Origin: an uncultured Flavobacteriaceae bacterium
Lineage (GTDB): Bacteria > Bacteroidota > Bacteroidia > Flavobacteriales > Flavobacteriaceae
Assembly: GCA_963832345.1 (NCBI GenBank)
Contig: CAWHTW010000005.1
Span: 148,512-212,511 of the forward strand
Reading direction: 5' to 3'
DNA: 64,000 nucleotides
Shown here: positions 11,301 through 18,349 of the stretch, piece after piece
Position numbering within the stretch: position 1 is the first letter of the stretch
How the letters are laid out: every line of letters starts with the position of its first letter
Program-made: the position numbers and the translations under genes
Notes under the pieces: generated by a model
Database searches by the model: none
Seen by the model: only the letters and a program-made list of their open reading frames with translations
Told to the model about the DNA's origin: nothing

Positions 11301-11516
11301 TTGCAAAGGGGATTGAAAATGGCTGGTGTCGACAATCTTTTATTATCTCTTTGGAAAGTTGATGATCAGGTAACCCAAGAATTCATGGTAGAATTTTATA
11401 AAAAGTTGATATCCAATGACTATTCAATTGAGTCAGCATTCTACAAAACACAAAGTCAAATCAAGAATAAGTATCCAGACCCATATTATTGGGCGGCATT
11501 TGTGCTAATTAGATAA
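8349..11516 (+). CDS. TPR-repeat protein with a C-terminal CHAT (caspase-like) peptidase domain. A likely signal peptide suggests the true start is at M11 (8379)
   Basis: 1055 aa. N-terminal h-region WLIAICIITALYSISNHKLYAQ-E. Many TPR-like Y/F/A-rich repeats. The C-terminus has the CHAT catalytic dyad motifs IHIATHAFY (His) and LVVLSACETALGD (Cys). It is divergent from the CHASE2 operon. Confidence 0.85.
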   Translation: MIVKILKFKDMLKKQRFYKDSGQLKTWLIAICIITALYSISNHKLYAQERILIEAQKGIDIAKTSFENGQHNKAILLVQGVKKNLIQEGNLNQFNHFETYYQATNLEMSINQKINQPLKNYNLFKSQSVELNKMMRSDHIRWYFFDSRLNELLFLFKSRNTTITIITDLEIQLKKLKFFLDSLSFENNSIKTNIHDLIVTYERIYAITEDILNKKVVKSRDYESLLEDKKMIEENLVIKVFNKKEIDLLGLGYDFTGYKRWSNYTGIFQDVSLAKNEIERVKTIISHGFYNRAIEKSNLLLKEFNSYYHENNLPQTSLLFKEAIYQNLSKAHLKLKNFEDSKYFLDSAKNIYNNIDYSYKEGSRRFKYENLYIDYYLFEKEYNEAIKYALLKLNFSPYYKGEAGQIATLHYAAGNYDEAIQYHKKISEWNKNELKKYGGFSENKTLDWFIGNAFLAKGEIKDAEAYLNPIFIELTNKDKLDSEEEDLLRVCLIDLAIINSINRNWETADILMSTYLRNYSTPIFQHLLSATENDRDDILLEDYYNPDVIFNYLSNRNSNTGEVVGGGYNVALLSKMLLFEVSRKIPQIVSRSKNKVMRELNSRLLEIKHALKSVDVKEKDSLMDYARYYEWEIINTWKDPILSGLSGSLVNWKNIQDKLNYGEAAIEFITFRPYGFENNNKEVIYGAFIIGKGYEWPKFITLFSENELNLLLKPFKDTKQSDKEKIQEIYEAKGEKIYELIWEPLEKYLINIPKIYYSPAGILNSIAFSALKNKEGKAISDRHSLVRLVSTKNISDSENFAKLSGVVLFGDIAYNAANRSGFKEVSEETSRGSSFNSLPGTKKEIDELNKILKSNNIESHQYDQMFASEENLFKISNDNSIDAIHIATHAFYIPPLEEDELLFTPMIGWSIFKEEDDPMNRSGLALSGANQFWLSGNPINQNGYDGILTANEISNLNLKGIKLVVLSACETALGDSRDNEGVFGLQRGLKMAGVDNLLLSLWKVDDQVTQEFMVEFYKKLISNDYSIESAFYKTQSQIKNKYPDPYYWAAFVLIR

Positions 11517-12337
11517 AAGAAAATACAAATCAATTTGTTAACAATTTCTTATAAAAAAGAATTACATATACAATGCAATTTTCCAACAAATAAATTTCTC
11601 AAAATTGATTAATTGGCACCTACTCTTTAGATTTAAATAACCGTCCCTCACTTCCTATTCGAGAGTAATTTAACATTTCACAGGCTTAGGTTTTAACCTA
11701 CCGTGCAATCCGTCCTGAAAGCTTCTTTTTTTGAAGGCAAAAAACAACATTCATTCTTGGAAAACGGCAAAAAGGTCGCCCATTTTTAAATGGTCAAAAA
11801 TGAGTATTACAAAAACTTAAAAGTCAAGGTACAAACTAAAATTAACTGCATTCACGAGCTGCTTGGGGCAACCCAGGCCCTGGGAACCCGACCAAAATCC
11901 AGCTGAAAATAACCCTTCTTTGCCTTCCCCCTATCCACAAAAAGCGCCCGATAGGGCAATAGCGTTAGGGATAGGAGCGGCATTGGCCGCCGAGTGCGGT
12001 TAGGTTTCGTTTTCGTGGAAAGCGACAACGGAGCTCTTTCACGGATTACGAAACCTTACGGTACAAAAGGCCAATAAAGTGGATAGCCCGGCCAACGCCC
12101 AAAAACTAGAATTTAATATTTTGATTAGCGACCCTCTTTTTCAATGATGATGATTTCTTCCTAAAAAGGTACTTCTCCCAACTTTGGCTTAACATCATAT
12201 TTCTCATCCAGGTATTCGTTGATTTCGATCAATCTTTTTTGTGCCAGCTCGAGCCGTTCGGTCTTTTCAAAATGTAGCTCCAGTACTTTCCTTTTGAGTA
12301 TTTCATGAGTGAACGGGTTAAGGAATAGTATCGCACT

Positions 12338-13606
12338 CTATTTTCTCATTTGGTATGCGGTTTTTATTTTATGGTTACCTTTCACTTGCTTTTCAAAACG
12401 TCCAAAATTTTTACTTTCAGCGTATTTCTCCTGTATATATCGCAATACTTCGGGATTTAGCGGTCTAAAATGCAGTTCATCGGATGGTTTTCTTGTCTCG
12501 GCAAAGTGCCATTTGCCGGTTTTGTAGTGTTTTTTCAGAAAGGCCTGCCTATTTTGGTTTACTAATTGTACGGCATCTTTCTCAACCACGAAGTTCTTAT
12601 TCATGATGACCTCCTTGCAGAGATAGTATTTCATTTTTATAGGTAGTTTAGAGGTTTTGATGATACTGTCATAGGTGTTCCACTCTATCCAACTCTGGGA
12701 GGATTCATGATGCTTGCGACCAACATGCAAAATGCCATCTTTAACACCGAGCAACAGATCGAACTTAAGTTTTGCAATCAGCTCGATTTGGCTGTCCAAG
12801 AAGAGTCGTTTGAATTCGTCGACCGTGAAATAATAGGTCTCGGCCTTTGGCACCACCACAAGAAAAGATCGGAAGGACAAATAATGGACGTTCGCTTCCG
12901 ATAGCGTGGCGACAATTCTCCCCTTCGGAAGATGCAACCGGAACTGCTTTCCTATAAAAAGTTCGGGATTTTCCAATACTCCTCCATCCGGCTTTAAAAT
13001 GGCGTTTTTAAAATATTTGTTGCCGTGGAAAGCCTCCGAAATACAATGGTTGTAAGTTCCCTGTATTCGTGCCAGGTCCGCTACAGTCATCAAGGGTATA
13101 TCGTTTCCGAGAAAAGTATGTTCCAATATCAGGTTATCCGATTGGTCGGGATGTATCCGAACCATATATTGCGTGAATTCCCCGGTGTCGAGGTCCCTCC
13201 ATTTCAGGATATTCTCATATTCGCTATATGCTGCTTTGAAAACTTTGGTTTCGGGCTCGTATCCAATTTGGACGTCGGCACGGGACAGCTCCCCTTCCAA
13301 AATCTTGATACGCCCTATCGGTTTAACTTTGGCATCGCTGTCCATCAAGCGCTGTTTCAGCTTTTGCCGGGCCAACCGGTCTTTAAGGTCGTTGTCGATG
13401 TAGCCGTCCTTGGCCAATTTCAGTTTTTTCAGATATCCGAGCCGTTTTATGTCGGCCACCTCCCCGGGGTCCACTTGGCCGTAATCCATGATCCCGAATT
13501 CCCTGAACTCGTCGTCCGCCGCTTTATCGTAGATATTTTTTAAGGTATGCACCAAGCTATTGGCCCTCCTTAGCGAGTTGCGGAAGCTTTTTTTCTTCTG
13601 TTCCAT
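12338..13606 (-). CDS. Hypothetical protein (ICE-associated). The start is chosen at the second Met to limit overlap with the upstream gene. The C-terminus probably continues in another frame to about 12165
   Basis: 473-aa ORF with no motifs I can assign and no tyrosine or serine recombinase signatures. Downstream of the stop a 48-codon stop-free frame reads ...ILKRKVLELHFEKTERLELAQKRLIEINEYLDEKYDVKPKLGEVPF. Confidence 0.5.
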   Translation of the reverse strand: MEQKKKSFRNSLRRANSLVHTLKNIYDKAADDEFREFGIMDYGQVDPGEVADIKRLGYLKKLKLAKDGYIDNDLKDRLARQKLKQRLMDSDAKVKPIGRIKILEGELSRADVQIGYEPETKVFKAAYSEYENILKWRDLDTGEFTQYMVRIHPDQSDNLILEHTFLGNDIPLMTVADLARIQGTYNHCISEAFHGNKYFKNAILKPDGGVLENPELFIGKQFRLHLPKGRIVATLSEANVHYLSFRSFLVVVPKAETYYFTVDEFKRLFLDSQIELIAKLKFDLLLGVKDGILHVGRKHHESSQSWIEWNTYDSIIKTSKLPIKMKYYLCKEVIMNKNFVVEKDAVQLVNQNRQAFLKKHYKTGKWHFAETRKPSDELHFRPLNPEVLRYIQEKYAESKNFGRFEKQVKGNHKIKTAYQMRK

Positions 13607-14531
13607 ATTGTCCGGGTTTTTGATATAAGCGTTCGTAAATCTTTTTTTTGAATTGTAGGGAGTACATAGGGTCGATCCTGACCCCGTTTTTAATGACCTC
13701 GTAATGCAAGTGATAGCCTGTGGAGCTACCCGACGTTCCCACGGTACCGATGAGTTCATGTTGTTCGATCGTTTGGCCCTTGGATACCAGCACTTGGTTC
13801 AAATGGCCATATAAGGTCCGGAAACCGAACCGGTGTTTGATTACGATATGGGTACCGTACCCGGATCGGGAATAGGTAACGGAAACCACGGTTCCAGATG
13901 CGGATGCATACACATGTTTGTCCGGGGCCGCCGCCAAGTCGATTCCAAAATGCTTTTTTTTCTTGTTCGATATAGGATGCTTTCGGATACCATATTCGCC
14001 GGAAAGCCGATAATCACCTTTTTCCAGTGGAACCGTGGATGGGATCTGATCCAATATTCGGGGTGCATAGGCCAAATAAGGTTCTAAAGGAGGAACATAG
14101 GAGTAATCCGGTATCCGGTAGAGATATCCGACCAGTTTTTCCTCTATGTGTTTTAAGAGCTGCCCGCGTTCCTTTTGCAGTACAAGGGTATCCTTGACGG
14201 TTGAATTCAGGTTGGATTCCAGTTGGCTCCCATAATTCTTTAGCGCGAACGAGGTATCCTCTAAACTATCGTCCCATAGTTCCAAAACAGGGCCGGAAAC
14301 ATAGAAACCGGTCAAAACCAGCAAAAACCCGATAGCCGCAATATGCTTCCTATCAATTGATTTTAAGTAAGATACAAACTCCGAGGGAAGATTTTTACAA
14401 AAAGGGGATGCTAATTCAAAACTTTTCATATATTTGCTGTATAATATGCAAATATATATATTATTTACCAATATGAAAGAAAAAGCGAAAATATGATCAA
14501 TACGTGGTTGACAGAAGATCATCGAATACAT
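13557..14531 (-). CDS. M23 family metallopeptidase (peptidoglycan endopeptidase). It is probably the cell-wall hydrolase of the conjugation machinery
   Basis: Motifs HFGIDLAA...GYGTHIVIKH...GTSGSSTGYHLHYEV, which are typical HxxxD / HxH of LytM/M23. N-terminal TM segment. Confidence 0.85.
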   Translation of the reverse strand: MYSMIFCQPRIDHIFAFSFILVNNIYICILYSKYMKSFELASPFCKNLPSEFVSYLKSIDRKHIAAIGFLLVLTGFYVSGPVLELWDDSLEDTSFALKNYGSQLESNLNSTVKDTLVLQKERGQLLKHIEEKLVGYLYRIPDYSYVPPLEPYLAYAPRILDQIPSTVPLEKGDYRLSGEYGIRKHPISNKKKKHFGIDLAAAPDKHVYASASGTVVSVTYSRSGYGTHIVIKHRFGFRTLYGHLNQVLVSKGQTIEQHELIGTVGTSGSSTGYHLHYEVIKNGVRIDPMYSLQFKKKIYERLYQKPGQYGTEEKKLPQLAKEGQ

Positions 14532-15716
14532 CTTCCCAAGCTATTGGAGCAATTGGGCTATACGTGCACAGCGTCCCAGAGCACCCATCGCATTTACGGG
14601 CGCAAGGGCAGCTCTTGTGCGGTGCTGTTCACGGAAGATGGTTTTATGTACTATAGGGTGGAGCGCCCCGAGGAAAAACTTTCCGCTTCGCACTTGATTA
14701 TCGAGCATGTTTCGAAAAACGAGTCACTGAACAATACGTCGGTTTGGGATAGAACGGATGCCAGTTATCAACAGGTTTTGGAGAACAAGGATTTATTGAT
14801 TCCATCGGAAAAACTGGATATGGAAAAAGTATCCAAGGATTTTAATCATTTTCGGCAGTATCCCCTCCCGTTAAAGAGCGATCAGGATGACTTCTATTCG
14901 GGTGCCGAGGAACTCCAACCCTTTAATAACCGGATTTTCGAAGACGTCGATGGCCGGGTCCTTTTCCCCCTATACAATCTTCAAAATGAAAATTGCGGAT
15001 TTTTTATGGACGGGACAGGAGGCATATCCGGCTACAAGGAATCATCCCTAAAAAATTCACTTTGGTTTTCCAATATTCCAGATACTATCGATTGGTTGGT
15101 GGTTTTTAACAATCCAAAAGAAGCGTTGGCCTTCCACAAAAAGTTCCGGTTAAAAAATGCGGTCTATTTGGCCTTGGGTGCCATCAACTATGAAACATCC
15201 AAGATACTGCTGCGGATACAGCAATCCACAAAGGTCAAAAAAATCGTGCTGACGTTTACGGGCAGCAAAAAAATAGAGGGCTATTTGCGGGACCTCAACT
15301 TTATATCCTTTATGGAACGATCCAACTTTGACCTAACGGTAAAGGAGCGGGACATATTGGTCCGGTTTCGCAAAACGGACGACAAATCGTTCTTGGGTTT
15401 TTTTAACAGCACCAAAACCTTTAATCAGGGTCTGGCCAAAAGTTTCCTCAAATACAGTAAAACATTGGACCAGAACAGGATCAACCAACAGAGTATCATG
15501 GTCGCCAAAACGGATGAACAGATCAAGGTAAGGATTCCCTTGGAGGTCAACGCCATCAAGTTCTTTGTCTGGTCTTACTATAAAAATTACTTGAACCAAA
15601 ACATGGATATACTGAAACCCGTACGGCCCAGCTGGTGCCTGGAATGGGAATCGACTCAAAGTATATCTTCTAAAGGAAAGGAGGTGCAATGGAAAGATTA
15701 CAGAATAGCCTTATAA
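14493..15716 (+). CDS. DUF3991/primase-like protein with a degenerate toprim region. It is a paralog of the 16750 gene
   Basis: Its N-terminus (HLPKLLEQLGYTC) matches that of the downstream toprim protein (PAYLQHLGYKL). The toprim-like block (VVFNNPKEALAF) lacks the DxD motif. Confidence 0.45.
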   Translation: MINTWLTEDHRIHLPKLLEQLGYTCTASQSTHRIYGRKGSSCAVLFTEDGFMYYRVERPEEKLSASHLIIEHVSKNESLNNTSVWDRTDASYQQVLENKDLLIPSEKLDMEKVSKDFNHFRQYPLPLKSDQDDFYSGAEELQPFNNRIFEDVDGRVLFPLYNLQNENCGFFMDGTGGISGYKESSLKNSLWFSNIPDTIDWLVVFNNPKEALAFHKKFRLKNAVYLALGAINYETSKILLRIQQSTKVKKIVLTFTGSKKIEGYLRDLNFISFMERSNFDLTVKERDILVRFRKTDDKSFLGFFNSTKTFNQGLAKSFLKYSKTLDQNRINQQSIMVAKTDEQIKVRIPLEVNAIKFFVWSYYKNYLNQNMDILKPVRPSWCLEWESTQSISSKGKEVQWKDYRIAL

Positions 15717-15839
15717 AAATGGAAAGAGAGGGCTCCCCCTCCCTTTCTGTAATATTCCTTAACTCACAAATCACTCCTGATTTGAAAGTTATTCAAAGTT
15801 AAACAAATAAATATTCCTTAACAATTAAAATCACTCACA

Positions 15840-16667
15840 ATGGAAAAGCAAGTAGAAAAAGTTTTTGTAAAGATCAACCAAGTATGGCAAAAGGGAACAG
15901 CAGTTTCCGAAGATGGCCAAATTTTCAAGGTAAAGACGAACGACAATCTTTCGTTCGAGATCGAAAAGGACAGTAAATTTCTGGAGTTCCAAAAATCTCC
16001 CGCGCAACAGTTTGCGGTCGGTGATGCCAAGGAACGTTTGGAAGGTGCCTATGTCAGTTTCGACAAACTTCCCGAGAACGTTCAGGATGCAATAGTGCAA
16101 GGCAGGGAGTATCTGCACGCTTCATCCTACATCAACGATGGCAAAATGAAGGAAAGCGTAAAGATGGTGCAGATGCTGTACAGCCCTACCTCTGGTTCAA
16201 AATTGGACGTTCAGATCCGGCGTAACGAACCCGTAAAGCTGGAGCAGGCCAAAGCCTTTAACCACCAGTTCGGCAGGCAGGAGTTCGATGCCATGGTCAA
16301 AAACGGACATACCATCGCCTTTACCGGTTCGAACAGGAACGGGGATACGTTTACCAAGCTCGCCTATTACGAGCCGAAGCTGAACGACATCCGCACAAAG
16401 TCCGGTTTGACGGCCAATACCTATTTTTATGGACAACGGTTGACCAAAATACAAGCGGAGGCCATCAATAAGGGTCAGGAGACGGAAATCACTATCAATA
16501 CCAAAAAAGGAAAAAAGTCCTATTTGGTAGGTTATAGCCCCAGGACCGAGCGATTTATCACTAAAGGCGTAGAGCAATCGAAGATGAACAAAATAGCGGT
16601 CAAGAATCCGGTTGCCGTGCGCTCGGAAAAAAAAAGGAAAAGTGCTAACAAATCCATGAGCCTGTAG
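15840..16667 (+). CDS. Hypothetical protein, conjugative-element associated. Basic C-terminal tail
   Basis: 275-aa ORF with good coding appearance between the two primase-like genes. No motif I can assign. Confidence 0.5.
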   Translation: MEKQVEKVFVKINQVWQKGTAVSEDGQIFKVKTNDNLSFEIEKDSKFLEFQKSPAQQFAVGDAKERLEGAYVSFDKLPENVQDAIVQGREYLHASSYINDGKMKESVKMVQMLYSPTSGSKLDVQIRRNEPVKLEQAKAFNHQFGRQEFDAMVKNGHTIAFTGSNRNGDTFTKLAYYEPKLNDIRTKSGLTANTYFYGQRLTKIQAEAINKGQETEITINTKKGKKSYLVGYSPRTERFITKGVEQSKMNKIAVKNPVAVRSEKKRKSANKSMSL

Positions 16668-16749
16668 GCACTGGCGACCTTTAAAATTAACTGGTTTAAA
16701 CAAAAAGGCCGATGTACATTTTATATCGGCCTTTTCTATCCATAATGAA

Positions 16750-18096
16750 ATGCAAAGTTATTCCGAAAATCCGTCATATTATAAACGGTTGATAGCCAAA
16801 ATCAATGCGGAGGCCGACTTTCCGGCCTATCTCCAACATTTGGGTTACAAGCTCCTGAAAAAAAGTGCAGGTTCGCTGGAATTTAGAAACGGGGATGACC
16901 GAATTGTATTGAATATCGCCAGAAATCCTGTGACCTATTTCAACCGAAGCGATTCTACCGACAAGGGTCTGTTCTTTAAATTCATAAGAAAAAAGCACTA
17001 TAATTTTTATCGGACCGTAATTGCCGGTCTAGAAATCATTGACCGGAGCTATGCGTTGGACGAAACCACTTTGGAAAACAAACGGAACACGGCGCCCTTA
17101 AAATCATTGGAAGAGAACTACACTATTGTCCCATTACGAAAAGCGGATTATTTGACCCGAACAAGGGGAATTTCCCAAGCTACGCTCGATGATGAACTTT
17201 TTCAAGGAAGAATATTCAATGCATTCCATATCAAGGATAAAGTAGGGAAAATCGGCAATATCGCTTTCCCGAAATATGGCCTTGACGGCCATCCAAAAAA
17301 CTATATCCTGTACAATAGGCCCTATTTTGACCGCAGGGAAAACAAGCGTAAAAAGTTTCGGCTTACCCTGAACAAGAACGACCGTTACTTGTTCTATTCA
17401 AAGCCAATTTCAAATCCCGAACATATCGTCTTGGGGGAAAGTGCCATCGATCTCCTCTCCTATCACGAACTTCATGGCGCTCCCAAAAACCTTTATATCT
17501 CCTTTGGGGGAAATATCTATGCAGAAAAACTGGCATTCTTTGCCCAACTTATCGAACCATTTCTCGAAAATGAGAAAACACAAGTAATATCGGCAATGGA
17601 CAATGACATAGCCGGACGGGAATCTGACCTGAAAGTGTTACCGACCCTTATTAATCAATGCAATTCTAAGGTCTATATCGAATATAGTTTAAAACGGGGA
17701 AGAGTCAATTTGGTAATGCACTATGTCGAATGGCATAGAACTCAAATATCCTTGGACAAGAGTGCCATCGATGAGACTTTGAAATCCAGTTCAATAAAAA
17801 ATAATCCTTCTTTGAACTCGATCCGTACCACGGCTTTTTCCGATAAACTGGTCTTGGAATTTTCCTTGGAAGAACTGCCGAACACTTTTCAAATGTCGGA
17901 CAACAACAAAAATGCATTCAATATATTACTTGGATCCATAGGCAACCTGTATTTGCCCTATAAACTTAAGATTCAAAAATCCAAGGGAAAGGATTGGAAC
18001 GATGATTTGAGGGAATACAAAAACGCCAAAATCAAATCAACAAAAAATACCGTCAAAAAGAAATACAATAAAAACAGAACAATATCAATATCATAA
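16750..18096 (+). CDS. Toprim domain protein (DUF3991-type DNA primase/TraP-like) of Bacteroidetes conjugative elements
   Basis: Toprim motifs GESAIDLLS (Glu) and SAMDNDIAGRE (DxD). N-terminal LQHLGY motif shared with the paralog. Confidence 0.7.
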   Translation: MQSYSENPSYYKRLIAKINAEADFPAYLQHLGYKLLKKSAGSLEFRNGDDRIVLNIARNPVTYFNRSDSTDKGLFFKFIRKKHYNFYRTVIAGLEIIDRSYALDETTLENKRNTAPLKSLEENYTIVPLRKADYLTRTRGISQATLDDELFQGRIFNAFHIKDKVGKIGNIAFPKYGLDGHPKNYILYNRPYFDRRENKRKKFRLTLNKNDRYLFYSKPISNPEHIVLGESAIDLLSYHELHGAPKNLYISFGGNIYAEKLAFFAQLIEPFLENEKTQVISAMDNDIAGRESDLKVLPTLINQCNSKVYIEYSLKRGRVNLVMHYVEWHRTQISLDKSAIDETLKSSSIKNNPSLNSIRTTAFSDKLVLEFSLEELPNTFQMSDNNKNAFNILLGSIGNLYLPYKLKIQKSKGKDWNDDLREYKNAKIKSTKNTVKKKYNKNRTISIS

Positions 18097-18100
18097 AAAA

Positions 18101-18349
18101 ATGGAGCCACTACCGGAAGAATTACAGGACAACCAATACTATATCGAATTGTTGGATGCCTTGATCGAGGAGAACGATATGGAATTGAAACACCGCTTGC
18201 AAAAAGCGGATACCTATGGGCAGTTCGTCAATGAACAGGCCGGAATGATAATGGACAGGACCATTGAACATATCCGGGAGAACGAATCATCGTTTTCAAT
18301 AGCCTCATCCATAGTATTAGATGAATGGAAAAAACGCATGTTTTCCTGA
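18101..18349 (+). CDS. Small acidic hypothetical protein upstream of the coupling protein
   Basis: 82-aa ORF. Its end overlaps the start of the T4CP gene. Confidence 0.35.
   Translation: MEPLPEELQDNQYYIELLDALIEENDMELKHRLQKADTYGQFVNEQAGMIMDRTIEHIRENESSFSIASSIVLDEWKKRMFS

Noticed and set aside
12338-13759. Possibility that the 473-aa ICE protein is the missing integrase
   Set aside because: No R..HxxR..Y tyrosine-recombinase or serine-recombinase signature could be found on inspection. It is left as a hypothetical
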